Source: a virus
Lineage: Duplodnaviria > Caudoviricetes
DNA: 64,000 bases
Strand: one strand, 5' to 3'
IMG/VR virus record: IMGVR_UViG_3300037602_000018
Span: 39,050 to 103,049 of that record
The position numbers were made by a program, and so were the translations under genes. The notes under the pieces are model-generated. The model was not told the DNA's origin and ran no database searches. It worked only from the letters and a program-made list of their open reading frames with translations. How positions within the stretch are numbered: the first letter of the stretch is position 1; every line of letters begins with the position of its first letter. Below, in pieces: positions 39,470 to 49,092 of this stretch.

Positions 39470-39816
39470 TATTCTGAAATTATATTTTTACCACTTTCTG
39501 TAATTAGACAATAACCTTCTTCTGAAATTATATTGTTTTCATGACAATCTTCTGATACATCTACTATATTACTTATTCCACTAGAAGTAATACAATCTTC
39601 ACATATATCTTGTATTTTATCAATAAGACAATTTATTACTTCTGAATCTAAATTATTTTTAAGTAATAAATATTCAATATCTTGATAAGTATTAATTAAT
39701 TTAGTATTAAAAGAAGTGTTTCCTTTTTTTAATTTATTACATATTCTTTCTCCTGAAACTTTAGGACAAGTTTCAGTATCATTTAGAATATTTTTTATGT
39801 CAGTTATATTATACAT
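39469..39816 (-). CDS. Cys-rich tail hub-like protein
   Basis: Multiple Cys; C-terminal IISEEGYCLITESGKNIISE. Confidence 0.55.
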   Translation of the reverse strand: MYNITDIKNILNDTETCPKVSGERICNKLKKGNTSFNTKLINTYQDIEYLLLKNNLDSEVINCLIDKIQDICEDCITSSGISNIVDVSEDCHENNIISEEGYCLITESGKNIISE

Positions 39817-40400
39817 TAACTACAGCCACATCCGCAATCACCATCACAAATAGCTTTTGCTAGTTTATATTGACATTCAGCATTCTTAAATTCCCCATAT
39901 TTAGCAGAAATATTACCAGAATAAATCAATCCTCTGATTTTATTAGCTAATTCTATTACATCTTCTAATGAACAACCAGTAGTTTTTCCAGTACAAAGTT
40001 TACTTAATTTAGAGCTTATGCAACAATCTAAATCATCATGTACAAGAATTCCTATGAATATATTAGTTACAGCATTAGCATCTAAAAGTTTAAATTCCCA
40101 TACTCCATCACTTAATACATTTAAAGCACTTCCTGTAGTCAAAGTAGATGTATCTATTTGATGTACATACTCAGTACCATTAGTGGTAGTAGTAGCTGTA
40201 AAATCTAAATTATCAGCTCCTGAAGTAGTAGTATAATCAGTACCTCCAACAGTAGCAGTTCCGCCTACTACTAAAGTATATTTTAATACTGAATCCAAAT
40301 AAACTTCCATTACTGGATAATTTGTATTTGTATCAGCATTATCTGACTTAACAAATATTTTTTTAAAATCTGAAGATGTTTCAATTGTTATATTAGCCAT
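39816..40400 (-). CDS. Cys-rich tail hub-like protein
   Basis: DGVW.F, LDCCI, C-terminal CDGDCGCGCS; position in the structural module. Confidence 0.6.
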   Translation of the reverse strand: MANITIETSSDFKKIFVKSDNADTNTNYPVMEVYLDSVLKYTLVVGGTATVGGTDYTTTSGADNLDFTATTTTNGTEYVHQIDTSTLTTGSALNVLSDGVWEFKLLDANAVTNIFIGILVHDDLDCCISSKLSKLCTGKTTGCSLEDVIELANKIRGLIYSGNISAKYGEFKNAECQYKLAKAICDGDCGCGCS

Positions 40401-40402
40401 TT

Positions 40403-40654
40403 TTAAGCTTCTAATGCAGTTAATCTGTCTTCGTGATCATTTAATATACTATCTAGGGTAGTAGTAGTTTCTTGTAAAGTAGCTATACCTTGACTTAAAG
40501 TATTATTAATAGCAGCTATATTTTTTTCAATAACTTCTATTAATTCAATAGGTACTGGTATATTATTACCAGATTTAGGATAACTAGCTTTTAAAAGTTT
40601 TACAGCAGTATCTACAGTTGCTGTATTAGCAAGTAATTTTTGAATATCATTCAT
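40403..40654 (-). CDS. Small coiled-coil structural protein
   Basis: C-terminal LNDHEDRLTALEA heptad pattern. Confidence 0.6.
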   Translation of the reverse strand: MNDIQKLLANTATVDTAVKLLKASYPKSGNNIPVPIELIEVIEKNIAAINNTLSQGIATLQETTTTLDSILNDHEDRLTALEA

Positions 40655-40667
40655 ATCTATACAATAA

Positions 40668-40702
40668 ATGGGATTAGCAGGTTTTTAGCCCACTAATCCC
40701 AT
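40668..40702 (-). terminator. Hairpin terminator after the auxiliary capsid gene
   Basis: ATGGGATTAG/CTAATCCCAT 10-bp stem. Confidence 0.6.
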
Positions 40703-40714
40703 GATTAAATTTAC

Positions 40715-41995
40715 TTATGACAATGCAGATAGAGCAGCTAATTGAGCTGAACCAGTAGCATTGTTTAAAAGATCTATAACCTTATTGATAGCAGTATAAT
40801 CAGTACCAGCTCCAGCAGAACAGTAGATGATTAATTGACGAGGCATTGTAACATCCTGAAACAAATCAGTTTTTACAAAGTAATCAATAGTAATACTATG
40901 ATATTTACCAGTAGCACTAGATTCAAGATTTTCTTGATAGAAATCAAAAGCCATATCATCAAATCTGTAAAGATCGCCAAAGTTACCTACGGCAAACCAT
41001 TCAAGATCACGAACACGCTTACCTTCACCTTCACCTAAAGAACCAGCAGTAGCTTTAGTTACTTCAGTTTCAGTAAAACCACTAAGGTCAGTATGCCAGT
41101 CAAGTATTTCAAATCTGTCACGTCCAAGGCTATAATCCTCATCTTTACCAGAAATTTTAATACCACAATCACCAGCAGCTACATCAGCAGCAGTAACTTG
41201 CTCTAAACCTGTATCGTTAAGAGTAGTAGTTTCACCTTGAAATGCCCATTCTAATTCAAGAATGTCATTAGTAGTGTCAATACTCTTAATTTTGTAAACA
41301 GGGTCAGTTACAGCAGTACCTACACGTAGATAATTACCTACAGCCAAAGCAGCATTAGTAGTAGCATCGTCTACATTAGCCCACCCAGTCACATAACGAG
41401 AACCTTTAGTAAATACTACAGTAGCACCAGTAGCAGTACCAGTACCTAAAGCATCTCCAGCGTCTGAAGTTACCATTTCTACTTTCATACGACCACTTAG
41501 AGGCTCGCGAGATAAGTTACGAATAAGACTTTTTACAAGTCCTTCAGCAACAGCTTCCTGAGAGTAAGTAGCAGCTACAGCACTAGACTGATAAGCAGCA
41601 TCACGAAGATACCAGTTCTCAGCAGACAATGAACCTGCATTCCTCAAACGTAGGAATATTTGGTACAAATTACTGGCTGTTTCATCAATAGAACCAGAAG
41701 TTCCATTAAAACCAATATAATCTACTTTGTTAGTAGCAGCAGCATATTTTCTAGCTACAGCTTTTGTAACATTTTTTACAGGAATAGCCTCAGTTGTATT
41801 TAGAGTACCATCTGCATTTTTACCAACAACAATAATGTTTTCAGAGGTTGAAGCTACAGCAGTACCGTCTCCTTCAACTGCAATTACTTCACCAACAGAA
41901 CCACTAGTTTTGAAGGTACTTAAAGTAGTTTCTCCAGCCGCAGTAGCAGCAGAACCAATTATTACTTTAAGATTTTGTTTTTGAAATTCACTCAT
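40715..41995 (-). CDS. Auxiliary capsid protein (crAss-like)
   Basis: 426 aa, Ala/Thr-rich; G.GK.V.DLEWF..G..GD.YR and Y..I.I.Y motifs; codon usage of a highly expressed gene. Confidence 0.75.
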   Translation of the reverse strand: MSEFQKQNLKVIIGSAATAAGETTLSTFKTSGSVGEVIAVEGDGTAVASTSENIIVVGKNADGTLNTTEAIPVKNVTKAVARKYAAATNKVDYIGFNGTSGSIDETASNLYQIFLRLRNAGSLSAENWYLRDAAYQSSAVAATYSQEAVAEGLVKSLIRNLSREPLSGRMKVEMVTSDAGDALGTGTATGATVVFTKGSRYVTGWANVDDATTNAALAVGNYLRVGTAVTDPVYKIKSIDTTNDILELEWAFQGETTTLNDTGLEQVTAADVAAGDCGIKISGKDEDYSLGRDRFEILDWHTDLSGFTETEVTKATAGSLGEGEGKRVRDLEWFAVGNFGDLYRFDDMAFDFYQENLESSATGKYHSITIDYFVKTDLFQDVTMPRQLIIYCSAGAGTDYTAINKVIDLLNNATGSAQLAALSALS

Positions 41996-42026
41996 TTCTA
42001 TTAGGGGATTAAATTAAACAAATATT

Positions 42027-42725
42027 TTATTTATCAACAATCATTTTAGTTTGTAATCTAGGATTACCTGTTTGCTCTAATGCGAGTTGAACAGCTTTAT
42101 CCAATATTTCCCTATGTATTGAATTTGCTAACTCACATTCTGTTACTGTACTTATTCCATTAACACTAAGTCCTGTTAAATTACTTAATATTATAGGAGA
42201 AGGGTATTTTAAATATCTGTATGAATACTCATTAGGATAAGACCCTTCCACAGATAATATTTCTATAATTTTTTTATTATCTATATCTTTATAGTTAATT
42301 CTCCAACTTACTGTCCCATCTGGTTTTTTAAATGGATTTTTAATATTTCTGTAATATTCATCATGTCTTACAGGAATTAAATTAGTTTCTAAATTATTAT
42401 AACAAACATTAGTAGATCTTAATTTAACTCTTTCTGCTACTACATACATTACATCATCGTTCAATTCAAAAAACCTTGACTTTGAATTAATAGCATCAGC
42501 AGGTTTATTAACAGGTGTAGAATTAACTGCATTTTTTATTAAGTTAGCTAATTCTCTTCTAGCTTTTTCTGAACTATCAAATTCTTCAGCACGTTCTCTA
42601 ACTATAAGTTCTTGAGCCTGAGTCAATAACACAGACTTCTCATATGCATCCAAAGGTGGAGCTGCATTAGAAGCAATAGAGTTATACTCTATATCAAATT
42701 CATTATTAAACTCAGTTACAGTCAC
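42027..42725 (-). CDS. Head-tail ring/adaptor protein
   Basis: EFN.EFD..YNSI.SN.AP.LD.YEKS..LTQAQ; NPFKKP; YLKYPSPIIL; CEL..SIHREIL..AV. Confidence 0.8.
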   Translation of the reverse strand: MTVTEFNNEFDIEYNSIASNAAPPLDAYEKSVLLTQAQELIVRERAEEFDSSEKARRELANLIKNAVNSTPVNKPADAINSKSRFFELNDDVMYVVAERVKLRSTNVCYNNLETNLIPVRHDEYYRNIKNPFKKPDGTVSWRINYKDIDNKKIIEILSVEGSYPNEYSYRYLKYPSPIILSNLTGLSVNGISTVTECELANSIHREILDKAVQLALEQTGNPRLQTKMIVDK

Positions 42726-42962
42726 TTATATTAACTTTTTTAAAAATTCTAATTCTTCTTTGTCTAATCTTACTAAACCATCATTTTTATCTGATAATCC
42801 AGTATCTACATTAAGATTTTTACCTTGCTTTTCTAATTTAGTAATATCATAAACTTTATTACTGAAGAAAAAAGGAGATTCTGACTTTTCTAATTTAAAA
42901 GCATCTTGAGGACTAAAATTATAATTAACTATATTATTTTGCATTATTAATCCTATCTTCAA
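42726..42962 (-). CDS. Hypothetical protein
   Basis: ORF fills the gap in the operon; start uncertain. Confidence 0.5.
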   Translation of the reverse strand: MKIGLIMQNNIVNYNFSPQDAFKLEKSESPFFFSNKVYDITKLEKQGKNLNVDTGLSDKNDGLVRLDKEELEFLKKLI

Positions 42963-43794
42963 TTAACATATATTGATCCTGATTTTCTCCTTCTTGCAGA
43001 TATTTAATCAATTGGTCTGTAGAAGAAGCTATTCTTTCACCATCAAGAAAATATTGATTACCTTGTCTTGAAATAGCTCTTACATTTACAGCTTTATCAA
43101 TAAAAATTTTAATATCAAAATTTGGATCATTTACAGTATCAATAAAAGTTTTCATTGATTCTTTACTTCTCTTACCGATTTTTCTAAGTTCAGTAAGTAA
43201 GAAATTATCTGAAGAATTATCAGAAACTTTTTTACCAAATAAAGTCAAGATGTTTATCATTTTAATACGATCTTTCTTAACTTCAGAAACAAGGCTCCAG
43301 AATTCTTCTTCTAAACTAGCCTCTTCAGCTTCCATAATTATTTCTTCATCTTCATCAATTAGATAATACTTATAAGTAGCTTTTCTTTTAGACTCTTCTT
43401 TACTGTTAGCAATTTGAGGTAGTTTAGTAAGAAATTTATATTTAAAATAATCCATAGGATTACTCAAGTCTAATGTTTCTACATCTTTACCCAATTCTAC
43501 TGTAAAGTCAGACCAATAGTTGTCTACTTTTTTATGCACTGATAAGTCTCCACTTTTAAAGTGTAAATGACTTCTCTCCGAATCTTCAAAGAACTCTTTT
43601 TCTTCATCAGTCAGAATGTTCATCATCTGACCATTTCTTAGATAAGGCATTACAAATACATTCTTAGCTCTTGGAGCCAGAAATGATGCTTGGTGTGTCT
43701 CATCTGGTATAAACGCTGTTGGGCGTTTAATAGGAACTATCCTTACTTTCTTTCTAGGTAGTTCAAATTGTTTTTTTACTTCTTTTACTTCCAT
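42934..43794 (-). CDS. Conserved crAss-like protein downstream of MCP (assembly factor)
   Basis: N.LT.EEKEFFE, NYW, LDLSNP.DY.KYK.L; conserved position. Confidence 0.75.
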   Translation of the reverse strand: MEVKEVKKQFELPRKKVRIVPIKRPTAFIPDETHQASFLAPRAKNVFVMPYLRNGQMMNILTDEEKEFFEDSERSHLHFKSGDLSVHKKVDNYWSDFTVELGKDVETLDLSNPMDYFKYKFLTKLPQIANSKEESKRKATYKYYLIDEDEEIIMEAEEASLEEEFWSLVSEVKKDRIKMINILTLFGKKVSDNSSDNFLLTELRKIGKRSKESMKTFIDTVNDPNFDIKIFIDKAVNVRAISRQGNQYFLDGERIASSTDQLIKYLQEGENQDQYMLIEDRINNAK

Positions 43795-43810
43795 TGCTTT
43801 AGTTTAAAAA

Positions 43811-43837
43811 TAGGAGGGGCTTTTTATACCCCTCCTA
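43811..43837 (-). terminator. Intrinsic terminator after MCP
   Basis: TAGGAGGGG/CCCCTCCTA stem followed by TTTTT on the minus strand. Confidence 0.8.
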
Positions 43838-43844
43838 GTTATTA

Positions 43845-45347
43845 TTATAGGAATGCAGGAATTAACGATGCAGTCCTTTGTGGATCTTTAATCATTGCTC
43901 CGAATGTACACATCTTATGCATTTCAAATCCATCTATAGAATTTGCAACACGTTTAACAGCAGCACCAGTAGGAGAATAAGGGTCACGTAGTCCAGGTAC
44001 ATAGGCATTAATATCAGGACTGTTAGATGCCATAACTTTCTGAATGTTAGGTTCATCATTTACAGTACCAATATCAAAAATGTCCATACGATAAGACTCA
44101 GCTACACCTCCAGAGAATACTCCGTTATTAGGAGCCATTTGTTTGTTACGTACTGGATCATCATACATTGGATCTACTTCTACACGAACTACGATTCCAT
44201 TAGGAGCCATAAATTCAGTGTATTGAGTACCAAAGGTACGAGCATTAGAATGTAGTTTAGAACTAACATTTTTCTGGATAGTAGTATCCTGAAGTGCATT
44301 CCAACCACTAGCTTCAGCTTGGATAGCTTTGTGGAACAAGATAGCACCACGCTCACCTGTACGGATTACAAACTTACGCTCATCTGTAGAAAGCTTATTG
44401 ATAGAAAGCTCCAATAGAATGTTAGTAAGGTAGTCAGCAGTAAAGCTATTATAGAAGAAAGTGTTAGCTACTTCCATTTGCTCACGTAGTCCAAATCCAG
44501 CTCTGATAGCATGACCTGAGTGGTGGTCTACGTTAGATACCTGACCTTTACCATTAATAGTTGAACGTCCGTAGAACATAGCTCTGTTCTTCTCTTGCAT
44601 GAACTGATGCTCATATACAAAAGCCTGATATTGCAACCAAGTAGTAAATGATTGTTTAGCACCTGATTCATCAACTATTTCAAAGTTTGCAACAAACTTC
44701 CTATCTACCATGTTTCCAGGACAGATATATTGCTTACGAATGTAAGTAAAGCTGTTACGGAAAGAAATAGGAGAAGTAAAGTTAGTTTCACCACCACGTA
44801 TTGATAAAGTATCAGATACAGGAGAAAATTCTTTACTAAACAATTTACCTGCTACAAGTTCTTCTCCAGGAACACCAGACACTACAGCGTCAGCACCATA
44901 CACCTTTACAACGTAAACATGATTAGCACCTTCACGAAATTCTGATTGTACCTGCATAGGATACTTTTCATTTTGCTCACCAACAATTACGTCAGTAGGA
45001 GCAAACAATCTTTCAGGAAATACAAGTTCAATTTCAGCACCATTAGCTCCAACATTAAAGTCAGATACTGTAATGGTAGCACCTTGATAACGAGCTTCTA
45101 CAAGAGCTATATTGCGTTCAGAAGAACCAATAAGTTTCCATGTAAAATCATCATCAGTTTCAAGAGTTTTAACAGGAATACCTGCTAACATAGTCTCAAG
45201 AGTAGTTCCATAATGCCTTTGCAATAGCTTAGACATAATTTTAGAAGCAAGCTGAGGCTTGGCTTCACCAATAGCTCCAAGGTGGTTTCGAGTAGTAATA
45301 CCCGACCAGCTCTTCGCGTCATGGATTTGTAAATTACTAATTTTCAT
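43845..45347 (-). CDS. Major capsid protein (crAss-like HK97 fold)
   Basis: 500 aa; WSGITT.NHLG, G.GLREQ, TGERGA..FH, PNG..V.V..DPMYDD, AESYR.DI. Confidence 0.92.
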   Translation of the reverse strand: MKISNLQIHDAKSWSGITTRNHLGAIGEAKPQLASKIMSKLLQRHYGTTLETMLAGIPVKTLETDDDFTWKLIGSSERNIALVEARYQGATITVSDFNVGANGAEIELVFPERLFAPTDVIVGEQNEKYPMQVQSEFREGANHVYVVKVYGADAVVSGVPGEELVAGKLFSKEFSPVSDTLSIRGGETNFTSPISFRNSFTYIRKQYICPGNMVDRKFVANFEIVDESGAKQSFTTWLQYQAFVYEHQFMQEKNRAMFYGRSTINGKGQVSNVDHHSGHAIRAGFGLREQMEVANTFFYNSFTADYLTNILLELSINKLSTDERKFVIRTGERGAILFHKAIQAEASGWNALQDTTIQKNVSSKLHSNARTFGTQYTEFMAPNGIVVRVEVDPMYDDPVRNKQMAPNNGVFSGGVAESYRMDIFDIGTVNDEPNIQKVMASNSPDINAYVPGLRDPYSPTGAAVKRVANSIDGFEMHKMCTFGAMIKDPQRTASLIPAFL

Positions 45348-45377
45348 TTATGAATGAAATTTATGGGGGTTATATAA

Positions 45378-46505
45378 TTAATTAAAAGCTTTATCCAATT
45401 TATCCAGAGCTTTCATAAATTCAGTATCATTTGCACTATTAGCTAAACTTCCTTCTTTACCTAGGGTATTTGAATTCAACTTATTAATAAACTCCTGAGT
45501 AGCTTTACTTTTTGTAGTCTTATAGAACGAACTGAAGTCTTTAAATCCATCTGTTAATGCAAATAAAGTATGTAACTTTATTTCAAAATCTATAGGATTC
45601 TCAGAACGTGCTTTTGCAATTGCACTAAGAGGTCTCCCATCTTCAGTCATATCTACAGGCTTTGTAAGTAAGTCATAAGTCTTTTCAGCTACTTTTGAAT
45701 TATACTTAAATCCTGGAATAATTTCTTTTTTCTCATCAAAAACAATAGACTTAATTTTATTATTAAGTTCTGATTGTTGTTTCTTTGCACTTTCTATTTC
45801 TGCTTTTCTCTGAGCTACTTGTTGCTCCTGTTGTTTTTTAATAGTAGATCTTTTAGCTTCCAATGCATCCATAGCATCTTCTACATCTGTTCCACTATCA
45901 ATACTCATTTGAGCAAGTTTCTCAGCCTTCTCTTTGTTAAACCCTTTAGATAAAAAATCTTCTGTAATCAGTTGTTTACGTAAATCTTCTCTATCTTCAA
46001 GAGTTTCTTTAGTTATTTTACTAAGGTCTTCAAATTGCTTTTCAGATTTAATAAACTCATCTTCAGGTAATCCTAATTCAAGAGTTTTTAAATAATTCTT
46101 TTGACGTTCATTTAGTCCTGCAAACTCATTATCTTTAATAGTTTTAAGAACTACTTCTTTTAAATCATCAAATGATTCAATCTTAGTATCTTTGTCCAGA
46201 GAAGTAAGCACCCCTTCCTCAGCTAAAGCAGAAGCAAAAAAAGAAAGTGTCTTGGAAAAATCTTTAGAAGGAGTGCCTTCCTCTGGTGTTTCTTCGTCAA
46301 CTACGTTCTCTTCCTCAGCTTCTGCTTCCTCTTCGGTTGCTTCTACATTAGGATCATCGACTATGTCATTATTTTCTTCAGAAGATTCCTCTTGTTCTTC
46401 CTCTGAAGTAGTATCTTCTTGTGTTGAGGCTAAAAAGTCTAAATCATCAGAGTCTCCCAATGATTCTAAACTTAATTGCTCTAAATTTTCTATTTCTTCT
46501 GCCAT
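45378..46505 (-). CDS. Putative scaffolding protein
   Basis: Highly acidic N-terminus and coiled coil; between portal and MCP. Confidence 0.7.
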   Translation of the reverse strand: MAEEIENLEQLSLESLGDSDDLDFLASTQEDTTSEEEQEESSEENNDIVDDPNVEATEEEAEAEEENVVDEETPEEGTPSKDFSKTLSFFASALAEEGVLTSLDKDTKIESFDDLKEVVLKTIKDNEFAGLNERQKNYLKTLELGLPEDEFIKSEKQFEDLSKITKETLEDREDLRKQLITEDFLSKGFNKEKAEKLAQMSIDSGTDVEDAMDALEAKRSTIKKQQEQQVAQRKAEIESAKKQQSELNNKIKSIVFDEKKEIIPGFKYNSKVAEKTYDLLTKPVDMTEDGRPLSAIAKARSENPIDFEIKLHTLFALTDGFKDFSSFYKTTKSKATQEFINKLNSNTLGKEGSLANSANDTEFMKALDKLDKAFN

Positions 46506-46521
46506 TCTTGCTTTATTTTAT

Positions 46522-46600
46522 AACAAAATTACTTATAGGATATATACAAATTACAAGAATTAATTACTTATAGAAATAATTGTATATTCCTAATAACTAC
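46522..46600 (-). promoter_or_regulatory. Late promoter (TAatTTTG -7 plus conserved upstream blocks)
   Basis: Ungapped 79-nt similarity to 49014-49092. Confidence 0.65.
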
Positions 46601-46605
46601 TTATG

Positions 46606-48999
46606 TTAAGTTTTACTTGCTACTTTATTTGCTTTTTTCTTTTCTACCTGTAATTTTTCTTGAAATTGCTTTTTATCTTCATAAAACTTTTGTTTTTCTA
46701 ATTCTAATTTTTCATTAAATTGTATAACCTGATCTAGTCTTTTTTGACGGTCAAGATTTAATTTTTCTATTTCTTTAGAATTATCTACAGGAGCTTCATC
46801 TTTATTAAGTAAAGCTTTTTGAATTTCAGTTTGAGCTTTTAAATCAACTTCATATTTCTTTAAATCTCTATCAGCTTGCTTATCTTCAGCATCTTGTTGA
46901 GTTTTTTGTTGTATAGCTTCTTGTTGTTTAGCAAATTGTTCTTGCTCTCTTTGATTTTTATCTCTTTCAGCTTTTTCAACTTTAGATTTAATATCAGATA
47001 ATGAATCAGATAAATAAATACTTGAAATGGTAGCAAAGTCTATTGTACCTGCATTAAGAGCCACTTCAGCTAATTGCTTTAATTTCTGTTCAGCTTCCTG
47101 AGTTCTTGCAGAAGAAGTTAATACAATACCATAATCATTTTCAGAAAATTCATCTCCATCAAGATTTAACATCTGAATAGATTGGTCGTCTAAAATATAT
47201 TGTACTTTTTTATTCTGACCTTTATATGCAATTTTAGCTGTTTCTAATAGTATTCTTAATGCTTCAATTTTAACATCATCATGTTCTGAAAAATACCATT
47301 CAGTAATATGAGAAGATTGTGTAACACTTCTTTCTACTCCACCTACAGTTTCTCTATTAGAAATTTGTCCTAATCTTTGATCTGATACACCAGTAATTTC
47401 AGACATCTCTTGCTTAATGAATTCCATTAAAGCAATTTGCTGTTGAATATAAGCACCTGTTTCCAAGTCTATATAACCTTTAGAAGCGTTATTCATACCA
47501 CCAGCTAATTTACCAGTAGCAGCTCCTTTATTACCTTCTTTAAAACTATCCTTAATAGCAATACCCATTTTCTTCATATAGAGAATCCATTTTTCAGGTT
47601 CCCAACCTTCAGGTATCATAGCTAAATCTATTTCTAATATCTTACCATGATTACGTGCAATAGCTTTATTAAGCCTATCATGTAGTACATCATATAAGTA
47701 TTGGTAATTCTTTACCTTACTCATAAGAGATACTGTTTGAGAACTATTAAATGAATAAGCTCTACCAGTAATTCCAGGGTGACAATAAGAAGGATTATTC
47801 ATAGACCTATACTGAATTTGTTTAGGTCTTAAATTAACATATATATCTTTACCTATTTTAGTACCTTCATACCATTCATTAATCCATAAAGGTTTAGAAG
47901 ATTCTCCTTCATCTTTTTTAGGAATATAAGATTCTGGAAATATATCTTTTTGTTCATTTCCAAATTCATCAAAATAAGTAATTTCCTGAACTTTTCTCCA
48001 ACCTCTCCAATAAACTCTTAATACTCTTACATTACCAGAAGCATCATAAGGTTCATTTAAACTAAATCCATTTAACTCTCCTAAATTAATTAAAGAGTTA
48101 ATAGAATTCATATCTTCTGGATTACCTGAATCAAATGTGGTAAATGCCATACCAGAAAAATCTCTGGCAAGTTTATCTACAAAAGGATCATCTCCAGCAT
48201 CTCCATAACCTCTTTCAAGTTTTTTAACATCAGCATCTTTAAGCTCATCATGAAAATGGTCTAAAATCTGACCTGGACTCCAATAGTCATTAATGAAAAT
48301 CAAGTCTGAATCTTCTATTCTATTAGAGAAACCAGACCTTATTGAAAATACTTTATGTGGATTTAACTTTCTGAAAAAAGGCTCATTAGAAACTATTTCA
48401 GCTTGATAATATTCTTCTCCTAATATAAGAGCATCTTTAAAACCAGCATTAAAAACTCTCTCAAGTTTAAGTTCGTTCCATAAGTGTCTTAAAATTCTAT
48501 TAGCACGTACTTCTCTTTTATCCTGATAATTACGTGCATCTTCAGCAAGTTCTCTTAATCTTATTTCTAATTCCTGTTCTGTATAGTTAGATTCAATTAA
48601 TTCTCTTATCTTACTATTCAGCTCATTATTCTTTTCTTCTTCTTTTGCTGATACTGCTTCAGGATTAGTTACAATAGCTTTATAATCAAATCTACGTTTA
48701 GCTTCTTCACCTACTAATACATCTATCCTAGGATTAATAATAGGATAATGTTGCATTGTAGTTGGAATACTTTCATCATGTAATGATTCAGGATTTAATA
48801 CTTCCCTTATATCACTAGGATTAAGTTTTCCATTATATAAATCTGTATTTATTAATTTTTCCTTCCAATTAGCTCTTACACCTTCATCTAAAAGATAAGA
48901 AGACTCTGTAATGGTATCTATACATTGTTTATACCATTTAGGGCCTTTCTGATTAGAACTTAATTTTTGTCTAGGAAATGAATTAAAGTATGAATTCAT
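46606..48999 (-). CDS. Portal protein
   Basis: 797 aa; FPRQKL, HYPII.P.IDVLVGEE.KR, LWINEW.EG.KIG, GVSDQRLGQISNRETVGGVERS. Confidence 0.92.
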   Translation of the reverse strand: MNSYFNSFPRQKLSSNQKGPKWYKQCIDTITESSYLLDEGVRANWKEKLINTDLYNGKLNPSDIREVLNPESLHDESIPTTMQHYPIINPRIDVLVGEEAKRRFDYKAIVTNPEAVSAKEEEKNNELNSKIRELIESNYTEQELEIRLRELAEDARNYQDKREVRANRILRHLWNELKLERVFNAGFKDALILGEEYYQAEIVSNEPFFRKLNPHKVFSIRSGFSNRIEDSDLIFINDYWSPGQILDHFHDELKDADVKKLERGYGDAGDDPFVDKLARDFSGMAFTTFDSGNPEDMNSINSLINLGELNGFSLNEPYDASGNVRVLRVYWRGWRKVQEITYFDEFGNEQKDIFPESYIPKKDEGESSKPLWINEWYEGTKIGKDIYVNLRPKQIQYRSMNNPSYCHPGITGRAYSFNSSQTVSLMSKVKNYQYLYDVLHDRLNKAIARNHGKILEIDLAMIPEGWEPEKWILYMKKMGIAIKDSFKEGNKGAATGKLAGGMNNASKGYIDLETGAYIQQQIALMEFIKQEMSEITGVSDQRLGQISNRETVGGVERSVTQSSHITEWYFSEHDDVKIEALRILLETAKIAYKGQNKKVQYILDDQSIQMLNLDGDEFSENDYGIVLTSSARTQEAEQKLKQLAEVALNAGTIDFATISSIYLSDSLSDIKSKVEKAERDKNQREQEQFAKQQEAIQQKTQQDAEDKQADRDLKKYEVDLKAQTEIQKALLNKDEAPVDNSKEIEKLNLDRQKRLDQVIQFNEKLELEKQKFYEDKKQFQEKLQVEKKKANKVASKT

Positions 49000-49013
49000 A
49001 AAGATATTTAAGC

Positions 49014-49092
49014 AACAAAATTACTTTTATAATATATTGATATTACAGAATTTACTCTATTTAAAAAATAATCACTCATTTCTAATAACTAC
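49014..49092 (-). promoter_or_regulatory. Late promoter upstream of portal
   Basis: TAATTTTG -7 element; aligns with 46522-46600. Confidence 0.65.
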
